DNA from: Macrostomum lignano
Lineage: Eukaryota
DNA length: 64,000 bases
NCBI GenBank assembly: GCA_002269645.1
Contig: NIVC01001940.1
Span: forward strand, 84,895-148,894
Reading direction: 5' to 3'
Positions 43,601-55,364 of this stretch are shown here, in pieces. Under the pieces are notes generated by a model, which was not told where the DNA came from, ran no database searches, and saw only the letters and a program-made list of their open reading frames with translations. Numbering within the stretch: the stretch's first letter is position 1; each line of letters opens with the position of its first letter. Made by a program: the position numbers and the translations under genes.

Positions 43601-45908
43601 GTGCCTGCGGCGCTAAAATGAGTGCCTTCGACGCTAAAATGAGTGCCTGCGGCGCTAAAATGAGTGCCTTCGACGCTAAAATGAGTGCCTGCGGCGCCAA
43701 AATGAGTGCCTGCGGCGCCAAAATGAGTGCCTGGCTGTGGCGCCAAAATGAGTGCCTGGCTGTGGCGCCAAAATGAGTGCTTGCGGCGCCAAAATGAGTG
43801 CCTGCGGCGCCAAAATGAGTGCCTGCGGCGCCAAAATGAGCGCCTGGCTGCGGCGCCAAAATGAGTGCCTGCGGCGCCAAAATGAGCGCCTGGCTGCGGC
43901 GCCAAAATGAGTGCCTGCGGCGCCAAAATGAGTGCCTGCGGCGCCAAAATGAGTGCCTGCGGCGCCAAAATGAGTGCCTGGCTGTGGCGCCAAAATGAGT
44001 GCCTGGCTGCGGCGCAAAAATGAGTGCCTGGCTGTGGCGCCAAAATGAGTGCTTGCGGCGCCAAAACGAGTGCCTGCTGTGGCGCCAAAATGAGTGCTTG
44101 CGGCGCCAAAATGAGTGCTTGCGGCGCCAAAATGAGTGCCTGCGGTGCCAAAATGAGTGCCTGGCAACGCCAAAATGAGTGCCTGCGGCGCCAAAATGAG
44201 TGCCTGCGGCGCCAAAATGAGTGCCTGGCTGTGGCGCCAAAATGAGTGCCTGGCTGCGGCGCCAAAATGAGTGCCTGCGGCGCCAAAATGAGTGCCTGCG
44301 GCGCCAAAATGAGTGCCTGGCTGCGGCGCCAAAATGAGTGCCTGCGGCGCCAAAATGAGTGCCTGCGGCGCCAAAATGAGTGCCTGCGGCGCCAAAATGA
44401 GTGCCTGGCTGTGGCGCCAAAATGAGTGCCTGCGGCGCCAAAATGAGTGCCTGCGGCGCCAAAATGAGTGCCTGCGGCGCCAAAATGAGTGCCTGGCTGC
44501 GGCGCCAAAATGAGTGCCTGCGGCGCCAAAATGAGTGCCTGCGGCGCCAAAATGAGTGCCTGCGGCGCTAAAATGAGTGCCTGCGGCGCTAAAATGAGTG
44601 CCTTCGACGCTAAAATGAGTGCCTGCGGTGCCAAAATGATTGCCTTCGACGCCAAAATGAGTGCCTTCGACGCTAAAATGAGTGCCTGCGGCGCCAAAAC
44701 GAGTGCCTGCGGCGCCAAAATGAGTGCCTTCGACGCTAAAATGAGTGCCTGCGGCGCCAAAATGAGTGCCTGCGGCGCCAAAATGAGTGCCTGGCTGTGG
44801 CGCCAAAATGAGTGCTTGCGGCGCCAAAATGAGTGCCTGCGGCGCCAAAATGAGTGCCTGCGGCGCCAAAATGAGCGCCTGGCTGCGGCGCCAAAATGAG
44901 TGCCTGCGGCGCCAAAATGAGCGCCTGGCTGCGGCGCCAAAATGAGTGCCTGCGGCGCCAAAACGAGTGCCTGCGGCGCCAAAATGAGTGCCTGGCTGTT
45001 GCGCCAAAATGAGTGCCTGGCTGCGGCGCAAAAATGAGTGCCTGGCTGTGGCGCCAAAATGAGTGCCTGCGGCGCCAAAATGAGTGCCTGGCTGTGGCGC
45101 CAAAATGAGTGCCTGGCTGCGGCGCCAAAATGAGTGCCTGCGGCGCCAAAATGAGTGCCTGCGGCGCCAAAATGAGTGCCTGCGGCGCCAAAATGAGTGC
45201 CTGGCTGTGGCGCCAAAATGAGTGCCTGCGGCGCCAAAATGAGTGCCTGCGGCGCCAAAATGAGTGCCTGCGGCGCCAAAATGAGTGCCTGGCTGCGGCG
45301 CCAAAATGAGTGCCTGCGGCGCCAAAATGAGTGCCTGCGGCGCCAAAATGAGTGCCTGCGGCGCTAAAATGAGTGCCTGCGGCGCTAAAATGAGTGCCTT
45401 CGACGCTAAAATGAGTGCCTGCGGCGCCAAAATGATTGCCTTCGACGCCAAAATGAGTGCCTTCGACGCTAAAATGAGTGCCTGCGGCGCCAAAACGAGT
45501 GCCTGCGGCGCCAAAATGAGTGCCTTCGACGCTAAAACGAGTGCCTGCGGCGCCAAAATGAGTGCCTGCGGCGCCAAAATGAGTGCCTGGCTGTGGCGCC
45601 AAAATGAGTGCTTGCGGCGCCAAAATGAGTGCCTGCGGCGCCAAAATGAGTGCCTGCGGCGCCAAAATGAGTGCCTGGCTGTTGCGCCAAAATGAGTGCC
45701 TGGCTGCGGCGTAAAATGAGTGCCTGGCTGTGGCGCCAAAATGAGTGCTTGCGGCGCCAAAATGAGTGCCTGGCTGTGGCGCCAAAATGAGTGCTTGCGG
45801 CGCCAAAATGAGTGCTTGCGGCGCCAAAATGAGTGCCTGCGGTGCCAAAATGAGTGCCTGGCAACGCCAAAATGAGTGCCTGCGGCGCAAAAATGAGTGC
45901 CTGCGGCG
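37683..45908. repeat. 8.2-kb satellite, 21-bp monomer GGCGCCAAAATGAGTGCCTGC with 25-bp and GACGCT variants
   Basis: Several hundred monomers; recurring variant blocks. Confidence 0.97.
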
Positions 45909-47949
45909 TTGCACTGACCACAGCCACTTCAAGAGGTGCTGCTGCTGGTGCGAGGACAGGCGCGCACCCAACGCTTCGTTTTTCCTGCCTTGATGGCTGA
46001 CGCCTTATTTCCAAGACATTTTTGGAGAGAGAATATTTTTATCTTATACCGGTATTCCCTATTCAGTGCAGCTAAATAAGAAAAAGCTGCAATATGATAC
46101 AAGCATTCGCGCATTAGGACGCCAGCAAGGGAGAGAAACAGAGGTAATCTAACCCAGGATTGAGTGCAAGTTACATTAATGTCTGACTCAATCAGTCTCA
46201 TAGCCTAAATAAGGATTTAGTCGAGCAAGAAAAATGGTAATGAAATTTCTTGATGAGTGTAAAATACACAGCAATTATATAGTCAGTAGTATTCTCCTTA
46301 ATGTCCTTAATCGATATAAATCATATGTTTAGGAGGATAAAAACTTCATTCATGTCATTCTTTATACCTCCCAGGTCTTAATTAGTTTAAGCGTTGACCC
46401 CTCCCTGGAATGTCATCCGCTAAAGAACCTCTAAGTCTGCTATAGGATCTTCTATTTTTTTCTGACTCATTCCCATTTTTCGAAGAAATAAATTGGTTGT
46501 AGTCTCGAAAACACAGCCCTGAGGGAATAGCTCGTACTGTGTGATTATTTTTTGTTATATTTTCAGATCGTTGTTAAAATTATACAGTTTTCTTTCCAAT
46601 ACATCTATTAGCCTACTAGCAGCAGTAGCCATATTAGAAAGTGATGAACTTTTAATAATTAGGTGTTGCTCTAAAAATAATTTTTCCATTTCAATAAAGA
46701 ATCCAATGACTAACATCAGAGACACCTGCAACTTTTGAGGCGATGCCGGAATGCATTCAGGTCCAGTCAACATGACAACATGACTTTGATAGCTCAAACC
46801 AGAGTATCACTACTCGAATAGAATATAGAGAGAATAGAGAGAATTTAATTGAAACTTTATTCGTACAATCAACGGGCACATTTATCTAGTCAAGTGTGAT
46901 AGTCAAGTGTGATATAAGGCATGATAGGGTGTTATTCCAAAGAGGATACAGGATTTAAGAGCTTTTTAAATTCAGTTGAAACCTATTTAGGATGCTTCAC
47001 CTTGAGGATAAAACATAAAAATTTAATTACGCATATACTCAGTGCGTGAATGTAAAAGATTTTTGGATTAGCAAAGCACTTTTACGCACAGAGACGCTGC
47101 TGACGTTGCGTGCTCACAAAGCCATGACTTTGAAGCTTTCTATAGAGATGGGACAAAAACACCCTTGGCTTGAGGTTCCCTGCAGATGAAAGCGTTTCCC
47201 CCACAAGCAGCTGCACCCATACCTAAGCCTGTCCTGACCTAAAAACCATGGTACCTACCTAGCTTTTCTGTCAGTAAACTGAAGGCTGTACTAGCAAAAG
47301 CTTTAACGACTACTGCACTATACTACATTATATTGGCAATTTCTAAGACGCCTTTAAGCCAAGGATTTGCTCAGAAAACAAGTCAGCTGGGTTGCCTAAT
47401 TAGTAATAAGCAAGTCCCACAGGCAAAAAGGACAACTACAAGACTGTGAAGTCTGGGTTTGCGTGCCGAAAAGGTGGCCTCTGTATGGCTCTGTTTACTC
47501 AATATATTTATTAGTCAATATTGTGGGGTGGGGTGCAGCGATGCGCGATTGGTCGAGAATTGGTAAACAAGTTTAGGCGAGAGAATGAGTCATGAATAAT
47601 AATGTGGGGCAGAGAGTGCAGCGCACGGCCTACGCCCTACAAAGACCATTATTGCCTCCCACAGATACCGCAGTGCGAGACATTGCCCCAGAAATTCGAC
47701 AATATTTGACAATATTACAGGTACTGAGACTTTTGCCTCGCCTGGTCAAGCGTTTTATGCGGTGCCTGCTGATGTACAATCATTATTAAAAACTGGGATG
47801 AAAGTAAAGATCTCTAAGGACTGCAGAAAAGTAGCTATTCGACAATATAATCGTTCATGAACCAACAAACTTGAATTAGCACATGAACCTACTGAGTACA
47901 TGCAAGTCTGAGCGCCTGATCTAGAGTGAACTTTCAACTTTCAAGTCCG

Positions 47950-50900
47950 TCAGTGGTTTTTGCACCATGTCTCAATTTCCTCAATATCGGCGGCAGTCAG
48001 TTTGCCTCTGGCCAGGCTAAAGCACTGCAGCCAGCCCATCAGGCTCAGCTCAGGAACTCTAAAACCACCGAATCGCAAGCAGCTGTAGTGTTCCGGTGAG
48101 TTCAGGCGTTTGGCATTTAGTTGAGCAGTTCCCACCGGGCAGTTCCATTGTTGTCCATTGTAGAACAGAGTAGTTGAATCGTTGCTATTCGTACGATAGC
48201 CAAACGATGCAAAGTCGCTTGTGTTGAGAAAGGCGTTTGCGCTTTTCACGTACCTGTTGTATTTCAGTACGTGCATAGAAAGTTGCAGCCTGAATAGTTT
48301 GCCCTTTGGGTTGATTGTGAACCGCTCGCCCAACGTGCTGGTGTCGTTGCACATAGTGAAGTAAAAGAAGTGCATCATCGGTGGATTGTAGCTAAAAGGT
48401 GATTTTGGTGTGTTTTGTATGAAATTTGGTTACTTTGTTAGTCCGTTTAGTTATTTTAGTTCTTTCCATGGGCACTGCTGCAAATTAAGGAGACAGTCGA
48501 TTTGGACCTTGCAAGCAAGCACACGCTCAGACACACAGATGCGAGGGGAGTTCAATAAGTTTTCGGTTGTGCAAAGACTTAAATAGTTAAAGAGCAACTG
48601 ACTGTCAGATTTTTTCAAAGTACTCTTTGGAAGAGGCTACATGTATGCACCGTCGCATCCTCAGAAACCACTTATTGAAGCACTCTGAACTTGGCCCCTC
48701 CTTGACATGCTTGATGAAGGCCTCGACTGCAGCTTCCGACGATGAATAGCGAATGCCACACATCTTCTGCTTGATTTGCGGAAACACAAAGACGTCACAC
48801 GGGGCCAGGTCTGGGGCTGTAGGGTGGATGGCCGAGCTCTTGAATGTGTTCTCCAGCCAGGAATTCGACCACTTGCCTGGACTTCTGATTGGGGGCGTTG
48901 TCGTGATGAAGAAGCACACCCCGAGCTCGAGTCCTTCGGCGGCGGCTGGAGAGAGCACTCAGCACTTCTGGCCGGCAGTAGTTGGTATTACCAGTTGCCA
49001 GTGACTGTGCGCTGCTGTACAAGTGGCACGGTCGCTACATGACCAGCTTTCGTCACAAAAATGGCCACCATCTGCTTTGCTACGCTGCGCAGAGCAAAGT
49101 GTTTGAAATTACACAGATATAATCACAAGATAATGTACATAATACCTGCTATGCCAAAGTTATGTACATCACCTTCCCAATTTGTGCATCCGGAAACGTA
49201 TTGAACTCCACCTCGTATGTACTCAGGCACACGCTCACACAGGATGTACAGCGATCCGCTGTCTCTCATCGGCACCCGCAGAGCGTACCTTGGGGAACGC
49301 AGCCGTGCGCGAAACCGGACATGGGGTCTTTGGCTGCGCGAGAGTCAGAGACGCGTTAACCGCTGAGCTACTCTAGCCCTGAGCGATTGCAAAGCTTCGG
49401 GAATCAATTTCTATTGAGTTTTCACTTACTAAAAGTTCGGCAGGAACCGACCGCGGATGTAAACTGTGACATTGGAGGCAGGGATGAACAGCCGATCGGT
49501 GTCGGGCGCCGTAACCACATCCAGCAGAGAGTCGGCCTGGCCAGTCAAGTAGATGCCCATGGACTTGTTGTGAAGGACTCCGCGAGCCAACGGGGCGTGC
49601 GGATTGCCGCCGTCAGGAATCTGGGCCAGGTTAAACATCCCCATGCGGAAGTTGTACAGCAGCTTCATGGATTGCCGCACGCCAGCACTCAGGTCGCCGG
49701 TTCGCTCTGCGGGTTTCGAATGTTCAGCGGTGCAACTTCTCATACTCAAAACATTAGAAGGTAAGTAGGTTAGCTGCAAAATTTATTCAATTTGCCGACC
49801 AAGGACTACTCAAAGGACGGGAAACTACGTACGTTTCTTGGAATTTTTAGGAGTCAGGTTTTACAGAAAAATACATGACGGAGAATATAGGTTTTCATTT
49901 TTTCAGCACAAACCCAATTAATTGTTCATCTTTTGATATTTTTTGCCTTTCTTATAGTTCTATTGATATCCGTAAAGCTTTTCGTTCAGAAGATTAGAAT
50001 TCTATATATTATTTTAAATCCTACGTCCAGTCGAATATGTACTGTGCCTAAAAATCATAACAATGGCACGGCTCGACTCATTAGCTTTATGAATCTATTT
50101 TATCATTCTGTTACACACTTTTTTGCAGTCAATAAGCTAACAATGCTATGAGCGTATAGTGGATGTCATGTCAAAAAAATAATAATTAGGGAACTGCAAA
50201 GATGTGAAGCCTGGGAGGAATTGCTTTAATGCTGTGACTCTTGGGGAGAATCGATGAGATGTCAAGGCTTAGATTAGAGTTCATAAGATAAATTTAGTCT
50301 ATTCAAAAGTTTTCATTCCGTTTTTTGTTGGATTTCCATGCTATACCAGAATCCTAATTTTCTTTAAAGCTTTATGAGTATCAATAGAGCTATAAGAAAG
50401 GCTAAAATTTCAAAAGATGGACACTTGGGTCTGCCACCTACGAGTATCAAAAGCAGTAACAAATAAAAAGCTCCATCTCCGTGATGTATATTTTCGGTAA
50501 AGCCTGTCTCCTAAAAATTACCAAGAAACGTAGTTTCCTGTCCTTTTACTTGAGTAGTCCTTGAGGTCGGCAAAAATCTGAGTAGTCAAAAAACAAACCA
50601 ACAACTTAGTTTTCTTCTATAGTCGTGCTTTCCGAGTAGATATTTACGAGAAAACCACTTATGTGAATAATGTAAATGTAAATCACTCGTTTTTCACGCT
50701 TTGCCTTTTTAAACTATTTCAATAGCCCGATTTTGGATCATACTAAAGGATAATCGACTCACCAAGCTGAAATTTCCGAACGGCAGCTGTGTCCACAAAA
50801 GTCCGACAGCTGGAATCGGGAAGCCACTGGCTCAGGAAGGCCTCCACGCCGGCCATCAAGCACTGGCCAGAGCGATACAGTGCAGCAGTGCACTTGGACT

Positions 50901-51300
50901 TCAGTTTGCAGCTCAGAGTGCATCTTAGCTCTTGGCAGCTGGTCGCGTCATTGTCAGCTGAGCAGGCAATTCGACGCGCCAGGCTGCTGCCCGACTCGAT
51001 GTTGACGCCATCGGACTGGGCCACCGACTCAGCGGGACAAGCCTTGAGCTGCTGGAAGCTGATGGCAGCTGAGCTGGAAACTAGACTGCTGGTACCGATG
51101 GAAACCATAAGAACTGTCCAGCAGACAGCAGATCCCAGACGCTGAAATATTCCATATGAATCTGGTTATGAAAACGCAATGGCTAAAAAAAAATTCCAAG
51201 CTTGAAAACAACTAACTCAGTTTAACTTTCGGATCTATTGAACTACTCCAAAATTCACTACAAGCGAGTTCGAGGTTACAATACTCACCTTAGCCTGCAT
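47950..51300 (-). CDS. Predicted 4-exon secreted protein with a PAN/Apple-like domain and a C-terminal ConA/LamG-like region (exons 51289-51300, 50763-51141, 49430-49706, 47950-48391)
   Basis: Junction phases 0/1/2 all match (AAG|gtgagt, CTT G|gtgagt, TA|gtaagt; acceptors tttcag, ccgcag, ttttag); signal-peptide-like MQAKRLGSAVCWTVLMVSIG; Cys pattern C-x10-C-x3-C-x5-C..Y..G.C; C-terminus GWLQCF...LTAADIEEIETWC; domain names inferred from pattern. Confidence 0.65.
48542..49095 (-). pseudogene. Truncated mariner transposase fragment with one TIR-like end (intron 3 of the secreted-protein gene)
   Basis: LLHHDNAP, HPPYSPRPG/APDLAPCDVFVFP split over frames; CGAGGGGAGTTCAATAAGT end. Confidence 0.8.
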
Positions 51301-51657
51301 TTGATAAGGAGTTTTTGTTTTCTAGAGGAAGATTAGCTCTCGCATAGATACTAACAGCTTCGTTGGCTAATTGAAGTAGGCTGCCGCAGCATTGGGCTTA
51401 CAGGTTGGTTGTCATAGTTACACTGCCTTCCCAGCCTTGCTAATCATCTCAGCAGAGCACAGTTAAAAAAGTTTGCCTCAACTAAACAATGGACTAGTAT
51501 TTGACTTGGAATGTTCATAGCTATAGACTGCTTCAGAATAGCAGCATCTTTCTCAGCAGCTGCATCTGCAGTTGGCGACGGCATTGTTAAAATTCCTTGT
51601 ACGCTCTTATTTATGCAAAGCTATTCAAGCATGCTAAAGCTAAGAACCTATAAGTGC

Positions 51658-52110
51658 AGTAGTAGGGCGAATTATGATACTGCCGCACTAGCACTGGCGA
51701 GATAGGCGGCAATGCAAATGTATAGGGAAAAATACACTGCGGAGATATGAGCCCTATCTCTGTGCATTGGGGACGGCTAAGCACTGCAGAGATATGAGCT
51801 CTATCTCTGTGCATTGGGGACGGCTAAGCACTGCAGAGATATGAGCTCTATCTCTGTGCATTGGGGACGGCTAAGCACTGCAGAGATATGAGCTCTATCT
51901 CTGTGCATTGGGGACGGCTAAGCACTGCAGAGATATGAGCTCTATCTCTGTGCATTGGGGACGGCTAAGCACTGCGGAGATAGAGGCGATTCATGATACT
52001 GCCGCACTAGCGCTGGCGAGATAGGCGGCAAAAAGGATATAGGAAAAATACACTGCGGAGAGGATCCTATCTCTGTGCATTGGGAACGGCTAAACATTGC
52101 AGAGATAAGA
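51658..52110. repeat. Putative Maverick left terminal region: AGTAGT end, five 47-bp tandem units and a 319-bp-spaced direct repeat
   Basis: Units start at 51789, 51836 and onward; TGATACTGCCGCACTAGC at 51675 and 51994; the partner TIR is outside the window. Confidence 0.7.
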
Positions 52111-52432
52111 GGGGTGGCCAATCTCTGTGCTCTGTGTTAGGGTAAGGTTATAAAGTTTTACAACTGCACAGAGGACGGCTGGTGTTGCTTACCTGGATAA
52201 GGGGACGGGGGGATACACTAATTACAGCCAGTGGCCTCTATAACGGTAAAGTAATTATTACCTGAGCATGGCTGGATGTTCATATACGATATGATAAGGA
52301 GAGGGCATGCATGTACAAATTACTATATAAGCAGCCACGCAAGTACAAATAAACAAATAGACAAAAACAAATTGTATAAAAGGATTTTTAAAAACCTTAC
52401 TACTTCTAAAAAACAACTCTTTCTCTTTCAAA

Positions 52433-53851
52433 ATGAAAACTTTTAAAAGTTGTCATAGAGACCTCTATGAGGTCTGTATAAGCTGCGAAGTGTGCCTGCT
52501 TGGAGGCGTGTCCCCAAGACACCACGAGAATGAGAACTGTCTGGTCTCATGCTGGTTGGCATGCGACCAGTGCGGCACCGTCGAAGCTCTGCAGGAGGGA
52601 AAAATTCCAGCATATCATCGAGGACACAAGATCGTCAGCGATGACAAGAAAAAGCAAGAAAGTAACCGCTGGAAAGTAATCCGCGCCATCAAAAAGAGCA
52701 ACGAGAGAGAAAAGAAGAGCCAGCAGAAAAAGGGAGCCAGCAGGAGTCTGCTATCAGCTCACTTGAGTCAAGTAATTGACTCTACATTGAAGAGGATGAG
52801 GCCAAGCGGGTCTTCAGCAGCTGCAGAATTTGAAGTTGAGCTGTCTGCTGGAGTCGAGGCTGCTGGAGTCGAGGCTGCTGGAGTCGAGGCCGCTGGAGTC
52901 GAGGCTGCTGGAGTCGAGGCTGCTGGAGTCGAGGCTGCTGGAGTCGAGGCCGCTGGAGTCGAGGCTGCTGGAGTCGAGGCTGCTGGAGTCGAGGCTGCTG
53001 CTGTCATAAACTTCATAGAGGAAGATGTCCTGGATCAGTTCCTCAGGGAATTCAACGCTGGTCAGCAGCAGCAGCAGCAGCAACCTGTCTCTTCGGTTCC
53101 GGTGATTGCTGGAAAACAACTTCATCTAATTGAAGACGACCACGAAATGGAAATCCTAGAAGAGGAGGGCAGCGACAATGAGTCGCATAATGCAATTGTG
53201 CCACCTGCAGCTCCAGCCGCCCCAGCTGCTCTGGCCGCCCCAGCTGCTCTGGCCGCCCCAGCTGCTCTGGCCGCCCCAGCTGCTCTGGCCGCCCCAGCTG
53301 CTCTGGCCGCCCCAGCTGCTCCAGCCGCCCCAGCTGCTCTGGCCGCCCCAGCTGCTCCAGCCGCCCCAGCTGCTCTGGCCGCCCCAGCTGCTCTGGCCGC
53401 CCCAGCTGCTCTGTCCGCCCCAGCTGCTCTGTCCGCCCCAGCTGCTCTGGCCGCCCCAGCTGCTCTGGCCGCCCCAGCTGCTCTGGCCGCCCCAGCTGCT
53501 CCAGCCGCCCCAGCTGCTCTGGCCGCCCCAGCTGCTCTGGCCGCCCCAGCTGCTCTGGCCGCCCCAGCTGCTCTGGCCGCCCCAGCTGCTCTGGCTGCCC
53601 CAGCTGCTCCAGCCGCCCCAGCTGCTCTGGCCGCCCCAGCTGCTCCAGCCGCCCCAGCTGCTCCAGCCGCCCCAGCTGCTCTGGCTGCCCCAGCTGCTCC
53701 AGCCGCCCCAGCTGCAGCCTCTACAATTCCAGCTTCTCAATCCGAAACTCCACCCGTGCCAGCTGGAGTTGCCTTCTTTCTGCCTCCTGTCGGCGGGGCT
53801 GGGTACGAGGTAACGATTTTCGAAAATCGTATTAGAATTGTGCCGCTGTGA
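52433..53851 (+). CDS. Maverick accessory ORF, 472 aa: Cys-rich N-terminus, basic region, (AAGVE)n and (APAAL)n repeats
   Basis: ATG in AAAATG context, TATATAA at about 52324, unique N- and C-terminal sequence flanking in-frame repeats. Confidence 0.6.
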   Translation: MKTFKSCHRDLYEVCISCEVCLLGGVSPRHHENENCLVSCWLACDQCGTVEALQEGKIPAYHRGHKIVSDDKKKQESNRWKVIRAIKKSNEREKKSQQKKGASRSLLSAHLSQVIDSTLKRMRPSGSSAAAEFEVELSAGVEAAGVEAAGVEAAGVEAAGVEAAGVEAAGVEAAGVEAAGVEAAGVEAAAVINFIEEDVLDQFLREFNAGQQQQQQQPVSSVPVIAGKQLHLIEDDHEMEILEEEGSDNESHNAIVPPAAPAAPAALAAPAALAAPAALAAPAALAAPAALAAPAAPAAPAALAAPAAPAAPAALAAPAALAAPAALSAPAALSAPAALAAPAALAAPAALAAPAAPAAPAALAAPAALAAPAALAAPAALAAPAALAAPAAPAAPAALAAPAAPAAPAAPAAPAALAAPAAPAAPAAASTIPASQSETPPVPAGVAFFLPPVGGAGYEVTIFENRIRIVPL

Positions 53852-54735
53852 CTAAGCAATTTTTGTACTTTTTTGCTTTCTGTGTGGAGTGAGAAATCTA
53901 CCCATTTATTGCAATTATTGCTAAAACTTTATTTCAACTAGCTTTTTAAAGTTGAAAGTAGGTACATTAATTAATGATTTGATCATCTCATAACTCTGTA
54001 TTCGCTTCTAGGAATCTTGCTTATAAGTTTTCAGTTTTCATTTCCAAATTAGTTTTAAAAAAAGCTCGTAGCTCGTAGTGGCAACCAATATTTTTTTGGT
54101 ATCCGAGGTAAAAAAAAATTATTTGAAAAGTAGGTGAAACATTATACAGTTGAATTTAACAAATTAAAATCAACATAACATACTTTCAATAAATTGGTGA
54201 TGGTTTCGTATGCTTGGTGCGATTGATTAGGTATAATTTTCTTTCTACTGCTTTGATGCGGTGTTTCCTCATTCTTTAATTATTGAACTTTTCAGCTATA
54301 TTTCTGCTTCTAAACTCTCGTCTGTATTTGTAATTCATTGTTCCATGCATTGTTTATTGACTATGATTGCACCATGTGAATTCGATATTTTTTTAAAAAA
54401 TATATATATAATGTCAGCATTTTTCCACTCGGTGATTGGTTTGTTAATTAACTATTGGCTTCATTTTGCATTTTTTACCGATTGAGTCTGCGTAGGAGGC
54501 AAATAGAAACGAACTTTTACGAATAGGGATCAATAGAATATGCATGCAGAGAGCTAGCTTAAGGGAGAACCAAAAAAATATAACCAGCATCTACTAGCTT
54601 GTAAGTGTGGATATTGTACCAGTATTGCAGCAATAAAGACTTACGAAAAAAGATTTCAAATATTCACTCCCAGTTGCTTATGACACTCAGTTGCAGCCAG
54701 TAAACACTGTCAGCTTTTAACTGCTTGCCTTTTCT

Positions 54736-55132
54736 ATGGTTGAGCACTCCTGGATGGAGCAGGAGAATGACCACTCATGGATGGAGAATGACCACTCATG
54801 GATGGAGAATGACCACTCATGGATGGAGAATGACCACTCATGGATGGAGAATGGCCACTCGTGGATGGAGGATGACCACTCGTGGATCGAGTATGACCAC
54901 CCTTGGGTGGACCATGACGTCAGCAGCGAGTCAGCAGCCAGCAGCGAGTCGGCAGCCAGCAGCGAGTCGGCAGCCAGCAGCGAGTCGGCAGCCAGCAGCG
55001 AGTCAGCAGCCAGCAGCGAGTCAGCAGCCAGCAGCGAGTCAGCAGCCAGCAGCGAGTCAGCAGCCAGCAGCGAGTCAGCAGCCAGCAGCGAGTCAGCAGC
55101 CAACAGCGAGTCGGTGACTGATGCACACCAAG
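54736..55132 (+). CDS. Predicted first exon of pPolB: (ENDHSWM)n and (SSESAA)n repeats
   Basis: ATG at 54736; ends at CAA G|GTAAGT, phase 1. Confidence 0.6.
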
Positions 55133-55364
55133 GTAAGTGCCTTTATTTATCCTTTTCAACTTACTTAAAAATTTTCTTATCAATGCGATGTATATTATGC
55201 AGTCTAAAATTTTAGTCCAAAGAATGGGAGAAGGGGAGATAAAAGACTTTATACCGGTAGGGTTGTACATGTATGCTTGGGTACAGACGTTTAGTTTAGT
55301 ATCTTTGATATTTGAAACTATAGGCAGCAAAAAACAAAAATATTATCCTAAAACCACAAACCAG

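Noticed and set aside
37675-46014. Very long ORFs (up to 1194 aa) in the satellite
   Set aside because: They are stop-free translations of a 21-bp monomer, occur in several frames and have no unique sequence
51141-51145. Start codon supplied by the flatworm spliced leader for the secreted-protein gene
   Set aside because: A cis exon ATG CAG GCT AAG|GTGAGT at 51289-51300 supplies an in-phase start more simply
52186-52230. U1 snRNA-like CTTACCTGG...AGGGG
   Set aside because: Similarity ends after about 15 nt, with no Sm site or stem-loops; it may be a minus-strand splice donor or chance
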